Positions 49,781 to 62,139 are shown, counted from the first letter of the whole stretch. The stretch is DNA of 63,208 nucleotides, filler included, from Octopus bimaculoides (GCF_001194135.2; 5 parts of 4 records of this genome joined end to end with filler, not necessarily neighbours in it), one strand, 5' to 3'. Notes: generated from the letters alone by a model not told the origin. Made by a program: numbers and translations.

Positions 49781-50419
49781 TGAAAGAAATAACAGAAATA
49801 TACCTTCGTATTGTAACTTGTAAATTTTTATTTCATAAAATCGAATCGAGTGAATTTATAATTCACCGTGGGTTATTTCATATCGATTTTTTCATATCGA
49901 TTTATGTATTTTTATATATTTACGTGTTCGTATGTCTATGTATGATTTTATCCTTGTATTATTTGGAACGTTTATATTGTTTTATTAATGTGGAAGAATA
50001 TGCACATATATGTTGAATCTTCTGCTGGATAATTGGTCATGTTCCGTTAGTTTTCCGCTTACTTTGCCTCCATTCGAATTATAAAAAGTAGATATATATA
50101 TCGCTCAACCTGAAGTTATAGAAAATGGCACTCGGGAACGAACCCAGTACTTCGTGGTTGCGAAATGAACTTCTCAACCCCTCATCCCACGTAAGACATT
50201 GTAAACAACATATACAGAAAACCATAGGAATAATACGTGTGTGTGTGTGTGTGAGGGTCAAAATGAACGTACGTTTTAGATGTGTAAGCGTATTGTTTTT
50301 CATACCGTCGTTCTCTCCTTCCTCCAAATAAACGTTAGTATGTGAGAATATGTCGGAATGCAGAAGGAAACTTTAAATACTTCTGTAACAGCATAACTTA
50401 ACATTATATAACGATGTAG

Positions 50420-50850
50420 TGAGTGCAGCCTAATGTACGAACTGCAACTTAATAGAGTGTCAGTAATTTTATGAAGAGGTTGAAAGTTGTTTAATGATGC
50501 GACTGTAGCTTTGATGTTCCGACCGAATGCTAATGAACGGACTAACTACATTTTAATGGACTGACTACAGCTTAATGGACTCAATAGGCACTGATGAACA
50601 CTTTGGCTTTTATAGCTCAATGTTGAGACTACAGCTTAATGTATTAGTTCCAGCTCAGTGAGCAAACTACATTTTAATGGACTGGCTGCATTTTAATAGA
50701 CTAATCGCAGATGAATGAGTATACTGATCATTACTTTAATGGACTGACGGTAGATTCACAGGCTGCCTGGACTAGCCACATTTTAATTGACTTACTGCAG
50801 ATTAATATATTGACTTCAGCTTAATGAGTTGATTGTAGCCCAGGACTGCT
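50420..50850. repeat. degenerate ~19-bp minisatellite (consensus ~ACTACAGCTTAATGGACTG)
   Basis: Adjacent units actacattttaatggactg/actacagcttaatggactc and actacattttaatggactg/gctgcattttaatagacta. More units lie near 51055-51110. Confidence 0.75.
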
Positions 50851-51379
50851 TTTTCATTGAGAGTTGGGTGGCAAAAATACCATGCCAATTTGCTTAGCAT
50901 GCTTATTGTAATTTGTCTAACACAAATCAATGGTGAAGAGAGAAGACTTGTATGGATGTACAGTCTGTTTTGTGTCTTAACAAAAAATAATGGGGACAAA
51001 CGTTTCTGTAATGTTTTGATGAAAGTGAGGATTGGTATTTGTCGATTTGTAAACCATTGACTGCTTTAATGGATTAACTGCAACATAATAAGCTCACTGT
51101 AGCGTAAGTGTTCTACGAAACTTATGTGTGAATTAATAGTCTCTTTCCTATCATTTGCTTTCAGTTGTATTTTATAAAACTATACAAATTATACATTAAA
51201 TATATAAAAACGTACAGACATAAATGGCGATCGCTCCATCTTGACAGATAATAGCCATCTCAGTAAATCTGTGCCATCGTGATACTCTCCATCACGTCCG
51301 TGGGCTCCCAGATGACTCTTTAGCCACAGGACAAGATGAACCAGGTGGGATAAAGACATCCGTGCGTCACTGGATTAAT

Positions 51380-51600
51380 GCGACATACACTTGTACAATA
51401 CGTGTGTTTTGCTTCTTTCAAGTCCCTCCCGGCTTTTAAGTATCCTGTGGTGGGAAAAGTCTCAGAAGGCTCTATCAGTAACTTGGATGCAGTTACAAGT
51501 ATTACAAAATGACTGGCCGGTAGGACTTCAAAGAGCCTTCTTAGACTTTTCTCTGCAAAGGATACTTAGAAGTCAGGAGGGACATGAAAAAGGCACAACA
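51380..51600 (+). mobile_element. possible highly degenerate RTE-type LINE C-terminal fragment
   Basis: YNTCVL...LQRILR weakly recalls the RTE motif YxxCVLSxLLY..LRRILxI. Confidence 0.25.
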
Positions 51601-51776
51601 ATTTGCACACAATTGGATGGCCGTTGACTCTCATGGGTTCAGCCATCATTTACGCAAGCAGCGTATATACATACATTCAGCTAGTCATCAGTCTACTACT
51701 ACGTTTGTATACATACCTTTGTATGCCTGTAACTCTACATTATTCCACTTCCTATTCCAGTGCTGCTGAGGTCGAC

Positions 51777-51944
51777 TTGGCTCAGCGGCATTTCGTCTGT
51801 CTTTAGGTCCTGAGTTCAAATTCCGCCGAGGTCTACATTACCCTTCATCCTTTCGAGTCGATAAAATAACTACCGGTTGAGTGCTGGGGTCGATGTAATC
51901 CGCTTACCCAACTGCCCCGAAATTGCTGGCCTTGCACCAAAATT
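51777..51944 (+). mobile_element. SINE family A, 5'-truncated, fused tail-to-tail to an R4 fragment
   Basis: gcggcatttcgtc..gagttcaaattccgccgagg..aaattgctggccttgcaccaaaatt. Confidence 0.8.
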
Positions 51945-52344
51945 CCCAGGGCTCCGACAATTATTGGTACTACTGCTACCTTTTTCATCAACCACAACTG
52001 TTTAACTTCCCAAGCTAACCTGTCATATCTCTCGACTTTTCTTTCTTCCTTATCGCATACCTTGTTGCCAGCTGGGCATACTATATCTATGATCCAGCAT
52101 AGTTTGTTTTCTTTCTCAATTAAGACTATGTCCGGCTTCCTATTCTCAGTCTCATGGCCGCATTGAATCATAAAATCCCATCGGATTTTTGCATTTCTAT
52201 TTTCAACGATGCCTTCAGGTTTGTGGTCGTAATAATTTTTTGCTCTGTCAAGTCCATACCTGTTGCAAAGTGTCCAATGGACAAGCCTGGCTATATTGTC
52301 GTGGCGTGTCTTATATTCCTTCTGGACTAGTGGCGTACATTGTA

Positions 52345-52345
<1 letters not shown>
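51945..52345 (-). mobile_element. R4/Dong-like RLE domain fragment (copy 2)
   Basis: CTPLVQKEYKTRHDNIARLVHWTLC..YDHKPEGIVEN..KIRWDFMIQ..NRKPDIVLIEKENKLCWIIDIVCP..EKVERY..VPIIVGALG. Confidence 0.9.

Positions 52346-52402
<57 letters not shown>
52346..52402. repeat. (TTA)n/(TAA)n microsatellite between Dong-like copies
   Basis: Direct reading. Confidence 0.95.
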
Positions 52403-52405
<3 letters not shown>

Positions 52406-53150
52406 TAGTTTTATTTTTATAACGTGCTTTCACTTCACTACCGAGCGCAGCTCTGTGCGCCTTGGGTATGTGCTGTGGTGCTCTTATGTTTACTGTATTG
52501 AAAGTGTTTTGCGTAGAATGTGTGCAGTACCCAGTAGGGCAATTTTCTGTATGTTATATATATTTGTAAGTCCTGGTGTTTTTGTTATGTATTTGTCNNN
52601 NNNNNNNNNNNNNNNNNNNNNNNNNNNNNNNNNNNNNNNNNNNNNNNNNNNNNNNNNNNNNNNNNNNNNNNNNNNNNNNNNNNNNNNNNNNNNNNNNNNN
52701 NNNNNNNNNNNNNNNNNNNNNNNNNNNNNNNNNNNNNNNNNNNNNNNNNNNNNNNNNNNNNNNNNNNNNNNNNNNNNNNNNNNNNNNNNNNNNNNNNNNN
52801 NNNNNNNNNNNNNNNNNNNNNNNNNNNNNNNNNNNNNNNNNNNNNNNNNNNNNNNNNNNNNNNNNNNNNNNNNNNNNNNNNNNNNNNNNNNNNNNNNNNN
52901 NNNNNNNNNNNNNNNNNNNNNNNNNNNNNNNNNNNNNNNNNNNNNNNNNNNNNNNNNNNNNNNNNNNNNNNNNNNNNNNNNNNNNNNNNNNNNNNNNNNN
53001 NNNNNNNNNNNNNNNNNNNNNNNNNNNNNNNNNNNNNNNNNNNNNNNNNNNNNNNNNNNNNNNNNNNCATTTAGTTTAGCCCAGTATTTACCATGTAGGG
53101 GCTTTTCTTGCCATCGTTTTATCATGGTCCGTTGCTGTTCTAGTTTTAGT
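52403..53150 (-). mobile_element. 5'-truncated R4/Dong-like retrotransposon (copy 1) in (TAA)n
   Basis: IKRWQEKPLHGKY...(gap)...IQKIALLGTAHILRKTLSIQ*, a short 3' UTR, then (AAT)n. The 5' junction is also (AAT)n (53151-53209). Confidence 0.88.
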
Positions 53151-53153
53151 TTG

Positions 53154-53209
<56 letters not shown>

Positions 53210-53210
53210 G

Positions 53211-53425
53211 AGGCGGCGAGCTGGCAGAATCGTTAGCACGCTGGACGAAACGCTTAGCGGCATTTCTCCTATCACTGTGTTCTGAGTTCAAATTCCACCG
53301 AGGTCGATTTTGCCTTTCATCCCTTCGGTGTCGATAAATTAAGTACCAGTCATGTACTGTGGTCGATGTAATCGACTTACCCCTTCTCCACAAATTTCGG
53401 GTCTCGTGCCTATAGTAGAAAGGAT
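53211..53425 (+). mobile_element. SINE family A, full length
   Basis: aggcggcgagctggcagaatcg...cgggtctcgtgcctatagtagaaagg. Confidence 0.88.
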
Positions 53426-53886
53426 TATAATTATTATTACGTTTCATCATTTGTAAATTACACTTTTCTTTCTGCATTCCCATTTCTGCTTGTTTAGTTA
53501 CCCCTCCCCCCTCAAGCCCGTCTACAGGGCCTGTTTCTGTCTGGACACTATAAAGACAATTTCACGCTCAAGCAGCGAGGAAGCTGTTTCAAATATAGCA
53601 ATGTGCAGTTGACACGTTAGGCAACTAGACATAAATGTCTGTTTTTATATGATGTCAAATGTAACTTTTCTGTCGTGGTCTACTTAAACAAAAGTAAATA
53701 ATTAAATGACAATAATTAAAAATAAATATCCAAATGAACTTAAAACTCTGAGACGTGAACCTTACAAATAGAAAATTTCGTTTCAATTTATTTAAATATT
53801 TCGGTATTTCAATAATTATGTCTTGCTATATTTGATATGGAGACAAATTAATTGGAATCACATTAAATATATTATATATATATTCA

Positions 53887-53923
<37 letters not shown>

Positions 53924-53948
53924 ACACACACACACGTGTGTGTATCAT

Positions 53949-54469
53949 ATGTCATTATTCAGTTTCTTTCATGATTTCTTGCCAATAGAGAAAGAACCGG
54001 TTTCTAACCTAGATCTAAGGCTCCATCATTGGAATTTCAACAACAGGGTATTTTTGTATGCATGGATGGATGGATGGATGTGCAAATTTGTATGATTTAT
54101 GTATGTATTCTCATGCATATAATTGCATATCTAGACATGCTTATATATATTTAAATGATAAACTTCCGGAAAGCTTTACGGATTTTTACAGTTCCAGTGA
54201 TGGATTGGATTTGTAGTCTTCGAATTAGCTTTCCTCCTTTCTGGTTTTGAGAAGCTTAATTTCTCACGATTGATATTTAGACAGTGTGTTACATATCCCA
54301 GGGCCCCAATAATTACAGGTATAAACCTGAACTTGTAATCTGGTTTGAGTAACTGCAGATTTCTCAATAGTTCAGCATAGGTGTTCTCTTTTTCACTGAT
54401 CAGCCTTATGTTAACATCCGCTGGGCAGTTAATTTCCACAACTTTGTACAGTTTCTCTTCTCTATCCCA

Positions 54470-54470
<1 letters not shown>
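53949..54470 (-). mobile_element. 5'-truncated R4-clade RLE retrotransposon (CATA-associated family)
   Basis: WDREEKLYKVVEINCPADVNI..SEKENTYAELLRNLQLLKPDYKFRFIPVIIGALGYVTHCL, plus a ~200-bp 3' UTR. The 5' junction abuts (CATA)n. Confidence 0.9.
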
Positions 54471-54500
<30 letters not shown>

Positions 54501-54537
54501 TGTATGTATGTATGCATGTATGTATAGTGTATGTACG

Positions 54538-54574
<37 letters not shown>

Positions 54575-55216
54575 NNNNNNNNNNNNNNNNNNNNNNNNNN
54601 NNNNNNNNNNNNNNNNNNNNNNNNNNNNNNNNNNNNNNNNNNNNNNNNNNNNNNNNNNNNNNNNNNNNNNNNNNNNNNNNNNNNNNNNNNNNNNNNNNNN
54701 NNNNNNNNNNNNNNNNNNNNNNNNNNNNNNNNNNNNNNNNNNNNNNNNNNNNNNNNNNNNNNNNNNNNNNNNNNNNNNNNNNNNNNNNNNNNNNNNNNNN
54801 NNNNNNNNNNNNNNNNNNNNNNNNNNNNNNNNNNNNNNNNNNNNNNNNNNNNNNNNNNNNNNNNNNNNNNNNNNNNNNNNNNNNNNNNNNNNNNNNNNNN
54901 NNNNNNNNNNNNNNNNNNNNNNNNNNNNNNNNNNNNNNNNNNNNNNNNNNNNNNNNNNNNNNNNNNNNNNNNNNNNNNNNNNNNNNNNNNNNNNNNNNNN
55001 NNNNNNNNNNNNNNNNNNNNNNNNNNNNNNNNNNNNNNNNNNNNNNNNNNNNNNNNNNNNNNNNNNNNNNNNNNNNNNNNNNNNNNNNNNNNNNNNNNNN
55101 NNNNNNNNNNNNNNNNNNNNNNNNNNNNNNNNNNNNNNNNNNNNNNNNNNNNNNNNNNNNNNNNNNNNNNNNNNNNNNNNNNNNNNNNNNNNNNNNNNNN
55201 NTATATATATATAGGA

Positions 55217-55493
55217 AGCTCACCGTCAGTTACGACGAGTAGGGTCCCAGCTGATCTGATCAACGGAACAGCACGTATATTAAATGTGCAAGTGGCTGAG
55301 CACTCCACAGACACGTGTACCCTTAACGTACTTCCCGGGGAGATTCAGCGTGATATATAACGTGACAAGTCCGGCCCTTTGAAATACAGGTGCTACTCAT
55401 TTTTGCTAGCTGAGTGGACTAGATTAACGTGAAATAAAGTGCGTCTTGCGCAAGGACACAACGCGCCACCGCCGGGAATCGAATTCGCGACCC
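55217..55493 (-). mobile_element. CORE-like SINE with family C tail, 5'-truncated within the head
   Basis: B-box gcgaattcgattcccgg, central ttgtgtccttgcgcaagac..aaaaatgagtagcacctgtatttcaaagggcc, and the tail shared with 1720 and 17896. Confidence 0.8.
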
Positions 55494-55711
55494 AAACACA
55501 CACAAACACACGCCACACATATATGTAATATGTATGTGCATGTGTGTTTGTATATATATATATGTATATATAAGTTCAAAAAAAAAGAAAAAGACAAAAA
55601 ACAACAACGTGAGGACGTGATACAGATTGTGTTACTAGACGCTCGGGAAAGGAAAGAGAGAGAGAGTATAAGATTTATATATATATATATATATATGCTG
55701 GNNNNNNNNNN

Positions 55712-57162
55712 GACGGCCTTACATAGAAGAAAAGGGAAAAAAAAAAGAAAGAAGCTGCGGGCTGGACAAAGACATAATGGTATGTGTAATGAAGGTGATA
55801 ATAATGAATAAACGGGGGGAAACAGCAACGCCCGCCGATTGCTTGATCGCCGAAAATATTGTTCTCATATATGAGGCAACAAGCCTCTTACAGATGTTCA
55901 TATTGTTCATGATATCTATCACTGAAGCATTTTCGCCTTTCATGCATAACCCTCCTCATCACTTGTGTGTCCAATTCCCATCAACGCCCACGCCCTCTCT
56001 AGGCACACCTCGAGTGGCGTGTCGACGTCGCCAGGCACCATGTAAAATATTTCTCTGAAGTCATATAGCTCCTGCACTGTGTCCCACATTAAGTCCTCCA
56101 CAATTATCTGCGGAAGCCATTCGGGATCCCGCATGCAAGCCATGGTTGCTCCCTTAGGATATTTTTCTATCTCCCCACCTCTGTAGAAGAAGACCAACGA
56201 TTCTTCTTCCTCCGGTAAAGAGATAGACTTTTCCACCGTCGGTGGCACAATTCCCAGCGGCGGTGGTTCAACATCCGTTGGCACCTTTTTCTTTTTTCCG
56301 GTGGGAGAAGGAGAGTCCTCCGGTTTACCCGGGGGACTCAATCCCTCTTCCAACTCTACATTTGTTTGAGGTTTCGGCGGGCTACTATTAATGCCCGCCT
56401 TTCTCTTCTTTCCTCTTTCTGTTGAAGCTACTGCCTCCTCATTTTTTTCCTGCAGAGCAGGACTACTTTTTTAAATGGGTGTCTGCTCCTGTGTCACTTT
56501 CGTGTCTTGGCGACAATCCTTCTTCACATGACCCGGCTCCAGGCATCTGTGACACCTGGAAGGTGGTCCTTAAAAAATTACAGGATACCTAGCTCCTGCC
56601 ATGGTCAAGTAGTCTGGAAAGACCAGACTGTCATCGTCTAACTGGGTCCACAACGTTAATATGGCCTTAGCCCCGACCCAGTCAGCAGATGGCAGCAATT
56701 TAACATTTAACAATTTAGTGTCTCTGGTGCCACCAAGTCCCCTTTGGATGGTTTCGGCCAACCAACTTTCTTTTAAATCCGGTGGCAACCCGCGGACAAA
56801 AGCCCGCTTACATTTCCTCCCACACTAAGAAGGGAGGAACAAGATTTTTCCCCCTTCAGGGGCTGACTGGCGAACTTACACACCATCTCCGGGGTTCCAA
56901 ACAGCAACCATATAGTTGCATATTTGGAACCCCTGGCGATATGCTCTATCGTCGGCATGTACCCCGCCAGCTCCTTTTCTATTTCTAGCCTAGGAAAGAG
57001 GGCAATGGTATCCAAGGACTTTGAATAAGTCCTTAGAACCACCGTCCTCTTTTCCAAATCTGTCACCCATTCTTTGGGTGGGTTAATTTCCCACACCAAA
57101 GCAGTGTTATTTTTTCTATTGTTCATATTTTAACTGCAAATAATAACAATAACAATAATAAC

Positions 57163-57203
<41 letters not shown>

Positions 57204-57724
57204 GATAACAGTTCAACAGTTCAAACAAACAATTTTCCGGCCACTAGTACTCCAGGCCACATGAACACGGAATCCTGCAACTGGAACGGCTTCCACAATT
57301 TTTCAAAAAAATTGTTAATAATGTTCAATTTCTTGGAGGCGGGATACGGTCCCAACACAACAATTTTCACAAAAACTATTCACTAAAAGTGAACAAATTG
57401 CTTTTGCATAATTTCACAAAATGTTCAACCACTTCTCGAGTCGAGATACGCTCCCAGAAAGGAAATCACAACACAAGCTTGCTACGCAAGCCTCAATACA
57501 CAAAAAACAGCGGCCACCGAAAGCAGGCAAAATTGTCCCATAGCTGTGAGTGATTTATTAACAAAAAATATACTATAATAAATTACTCCCAGCTTAGAAA
57601 AAAGACAAAATCACCTACCTCGCCGACCGTTCTCTGTTTTTGTTGTTCTTTTTTCTTTTTGGATGGAACGCAACTGGTTCACATCCACCTTGGTTCAGAA
57701 GAAACTAACTCACTGCGCAAGACC
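55712..57724 (-). mobile_element. L1/Tx1-like ORF1 (gag-like, CCHC knuckle) with 5' UTR, pseudogene
   Basis: Frameshifted ORFs 57126->56773, 56788->56570 and 56353->55940, with the zinc knuckle CHRCLEPGHVKKDC and a Pro/Lys/Glu-rich tail. ORF2 is not visible (gap). Confidence 0.65.
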
Positions 57725-57758
57725 GGAAGCAAACTTCTTACCACACAGTCACCTCTGC
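57725..57758 (-). mobile_element. isolated first 34 bp (A-box) of SINE family B
   Basis: gcagaggtgactgtgtggtaagaagtttgcttcc matches the heads at 37140 and 49410. Confidence 0.75.
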
Positions 57759-58419
57759 ATGTATATATATATAGATAGATAGATAAAACTTACTNNNNNN
57801 NNNNNNNNNNNNNNNNNNNNNNNNNNNNNNNNNNNNNNNNNNNNNNNNNNNNNNNNNNNNNNNNNNNNNNNNNNNNNNNNNNNNNNNNNNNNNNNNNNNN
57901 NNNNNNNNNNNNNNNNNNNNNNNNNNNNNNNNNNNNNNNNNNNNNNNNNNNNNNNNNNNNNNNNNNNNNNNNNNNNNNNNNNNNNNNNNNNNNNNNNNNN
58001 NNNNNNNNNNNNNNNNNNNNNNNNNNNNNNNNNNNNNNNNNNNNNNNNNNNNNNNNNNNNNNNNNNNNNNNNNNNNNNNNNNNNNNNNNNNNNNNNNNNN
58101 NNNNNNNNNNNNNNNNNNNNNNNNNNNNNNNNNNNNNNNNNNNNNNNNNNNNNNNNNNNNNNNNNNNNNNNNNNNNNNNNNNNNNNNNNNNNNNNNNNNN
58201 NNNNNNNNNNNNNNNNNNNNNNNNNNNNNNNNNNNNNNNNNNNNNNNNNNNNNNNNNNNNNNNNNNNNNNNNNNNNNNNNNNNNNNNNNNNNNNNNNNNN
58301 NNNNNNNNNNNNNNNNNNNNNNNNNNNNNNNNNNNNNNNNNNNNNNNNNNNNNNNNNNNNNNNNNNNNNNNNNNNNNNNNNNNNNNNNNNNNNNNNNNNN
58401 NNNNNNNNNNNNNNNNNNN

Positions 58420-58607
58420 GGGCCAGTTTCCGATACAGGGGGATCAATTACACCCCAGTGTCCAAGTGGTACTTTATATTTTATTGTTCCCGAAACGATG
58501 AAATGCAAAGCTGGCGTCGGCGGATTTTGAACTCAGGACGTAAAAGACGGACGAAACGCTGCGAAGCCTTTTTGTCAACGTGCTAACGATTCTGCCAGTT
58601 TGCAACG
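58420..58607 (-). mobile_element. SINE family A (diverged)
   Basis: ctggcagaatcgttagcacg..gagttcaaaatccgccga. Confidence 0.75.
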
Positions 58608-58622
58608 TCATAAATACATAAT

Positions 58623-58822
58623 AATTTTGCCATAAGGTTTGGGGAAGGGGTAAAGCCTATTTCATCTACCTCAGTATTCAACTGGTACTTATTTCATCGA
58701 CTCCGAAAGGATGAAAAGCAAAGTCGACCTCGGCGGAATTTGAACTCAGAACGTTAAGACGGATGAAAAACCGCTTAAGCAACTTGTCCGGCATCCTAAC
58801 CATTCTACCTCCTCGCTGCCTT
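58623..58822 (-). mobile_element. SINE family A (diverged), tandem with the previous copy
   Basis: ggcagcgaggaggtagaatgg..gagttcaaattccgccgaggtcgactttgc. Confidence 0.8.
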
Positions 58823-60235
58823 ACAAGTATAACTGAAATATTATTACGATAAAGAAGTAGCTTGTACTGACTTGACTTCCATGTCGCGTTTACTGTAAAC
58901 CTATTTTTACAGCATTTCTTTCCAAACCATCAAATTGTTTCTTAACAACTTCTCCGCCTCGAAAAAGAGAGAAAAAAAACATAATTCTTTGTGGGTAAGG
59001 AGAGATAAAAAGCCATCAATTTGACGGCTCCTCCAGTTGTCTGCACTGTTTTAACTACACGTGGTAACGGATCTGAGGAGGCAATCTTTATACATGCAAG
59101 GAGGTCTAATTAAGGATGTCATTTTACGGTAGAGGTTAACGGTAGAACTCTTGTTGGGGTTTAAGAGAGTGTATATAAAATGTGTGTAGAAAAATGTGGC
59201 TGACCACATTTGGTGCAAGATTATGTCGTCTTCAAACCGATAAAGGGTCGAATAAGGGAGAGGAACAAAGAAGAAAGGCGTGGGGGGTTAGGGAAGGAGG
59301 TTGTTTCAGGAAATAAATCCGCCATTGTGTATCTTACTAACGAAGAATTTGTGATGTTAACCAGATTTTCACATTAAAGCTTCTGGCTATCTGAAAGACA
59401 TGTATGTATTTAATGTACGTACGTATACAAGCATATATGTATGTATGCATATACACACACATATAGATATGCATATATGTGTGTGTGTGTGTATATATAT
59501 ATATGTATATATATAAATATATGTATATATATATATGTATATATATATATGTATGTATATATATATATGTATATATATATATGTATGTATATATATATAT
59601 GTGTGTATATATATATATATGTATATATATGTATATATATATATGTATATATATGTATATATNNNNNNNNNNNNNNNNNNNNNNNNNNNNNNNNNNNNNN
59701 NNNNNNNNNNNNNNNNNNNNNNNNNNNNNNNNNNNNNNNNNNNNNNNNNNNNNNNNNNNNNNNNNNNNNNNNNNNNNNNNNNNNNNNNNNNNNNNNNNNN
59801 NNNNNNNNNNNNNNNNNNNNNNNNNNNNNNNNNNNNNNNNNNNNNNNNNNNNNNNNNNNNNNNNNNNNNNNNNNNNNNNNNNNNNNNNNNNNNNNNNNNN
59901 NNNNNNNNNNNNNNNNNNNNNNNNNNNNNNNNNNNNNNNNNNNNNNNNNNNNNNNNNNNNNNNNNNNNNNNNNNNNNNNNNNNNNNNNNNNNNNNNNNNN
60001 NNNNNNNNNNNNNNNNNNNNNNNNNNNNNNNNNNNNNNNNNNNNNNNNNNNNNNNNNNNNNNNNNNNNNNNNNNNNNNNNNNNNNNNNNNNNNNNNNNNN
60101 NNNNNNNNNNNNNNNNNNNNNNNNNNNNNNNNNNNNNNNNNNNNNNNNNNNNNNNNNNNNNNNNNNNNNNNNNNNNNNNNNNNNNNNNNNNNNNNNNNNN
60201 NNNNNNNNNNNNNNTGGTCTTTTTCGCTACCCAGA

Positions 60236-60290
60236 TCACCACCACCACCACCACCACCACCTACTGCTGCTGCTGCCGCTGCAACAACAG

Positions 60291-60364
<74 letters not shown>

Positions 60365-60368
60365 ATTA

Positions 60369-60400
<32 letters not shown>

Positions 60401-60455
60401 ACTGCAACTACTACTACTACTACTACTACTACTGCTTCTGCTGCTGCTGCTGCTG

Positions 60456-60512
<57 letters not shown>
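60236..60512. repeat. compound trinucleotide repeat (ACC)n-(CTG)n-(CTA)n
   Basis: Direct reading. Confidence 0.95.
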
Positions 60513-61348
60513 TTGTATTGCTTTTAGTTATTGTTGTCGTTGTAGTGAATGTGAATTTACCAATGTGCTGTGCGTTTTGGGTGGAAAACTGAATTCGTAT
60601 TTTTTTTTCCTCTGTAACTTCGAAGTTCTGTGTATGACACACCGAAACCATTAGCAATGGAATGATGTTGTTGTTGTTGCTGTTGTTGTTGTTGATTTAG
60701 CCCCAAATTAACTCTGCTTGTGTAGATAAGACTTCAAGATCGAAGACGTTGCTTTTTCCAGCTCTGGACAAGTTAGGTTCATTTCTATAATATTTTACGT
60801 AGTTCAACCTACACAATTTAATGTGTGAAAAACAAAATAGGAACTTTGAAAAAAGTATCTATTAAACTAATTCTTAAACACCAAATGGCTATAGGGGTCC
60901 ACCATAATAAAATGACAATCGTGGGGTTTATAGATAAAAATAAAATGGTTTAGAATCACTACGATGTAACTAACAACCACAGGGAACTATTGTCCAGTAG
61001 TGTGTTACCGTTTTTACGACTTAACCAACCTCAACGCCATTTCGAAATAATACACAGTTCTGTAGATCATAAACCAATCCAGCAGGAATTATAGGACGAA
61101 AATAAATTTCTGTTTAACTTTGTTCTTTGTTTGTAACATAAGTTCCTATGTTATATATTTATTTACTTTTAAATTTTACTTTGTAACTGATCTTTGGCAA
61201 TTTTATTTCAAATTTACACAGAATTTCAATAGTTTTTCCTAAACATAATACTTTGAGCACACACAGGCTCATACACGCCTAAACACACATACATATATGT
61301 ATATATGAATATATGTGCTTATGTACGCATGTTTATAAACACAGCCAT

Positions 61349-61380
<32 letters not shown>

Positions 61381-61581
61381 TCGTGTATGTTTGTGTGTGT
61401 GTGTTCATGACTCTCCACAGTCATAAATCATTCACACTGTAGGCCTATTCTTTGCAGAAAAGAGATGAAACAGTGAATCAATTCTGAAATCTTCCCCTCG
61501 AGTTTCTTTCCGTATAAAGTATCTCGAATAGAAACACTTTTTTTAATAGAATTAGGTATTATGTACATATAACTATATTTA

Positions 61582-61634
<53 letters not shown>

Positions 61635-61690
61635 NNNNNNNNNNNNNNNNNNNNNNNNNNNNNNNNNNNNNNNNNNNNNNNNNNNNNNNN

Positions 61691-61736
<46 letters not shown>

Positions 61737-61867
61737 CCCTTCCGAGTATATTTGTCTACGCGTGTATGTGTCTATCTAAGTGTGTGGTGTGCGTGAGAGT
61801 GTGTGTGGTGTGTGTATATGAGTAAAGGATAATTGTGTTTATCTGTAACAACACCACTTGTGAGTGA

Positions 61868-61911
<44 letters not shown>

Positions 61912-62139
61912 ATGCCTGTGTTCATGTATATACTTTATATATGTACATAAAATGCAAGTCTTAAACTAATTTTGTCTCTCAAAGTACAATGGAGTCTTAT
62001 AGTTAACTTCGAAAACAGTAAGTAGTCAAGTAGTTCAGAAACCGTACCCACGAGCTTATGTTCGTTAACATAACAGCTTAACCCTCCGGTTATGACTTCA
62101 CGGGCACCAAAAACATTTAACGAAAGCATAGTACGTTAC

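Noticed and set aside
50420-50850. CRISPR-like array interpretation of the 19-bp repeats or of the RTE 3' UTR units
   Set aside because: The context is eukaryotic, the repeats are abutting and degenerate without unique spacers, and there are no cas genes.
59000-59330. Promoter-like stretch with TATATAAAA near 59172
   Set aside because: A lone TATA match in AT-rich DNA is expected by chance, and no downstream gene evidence was found.
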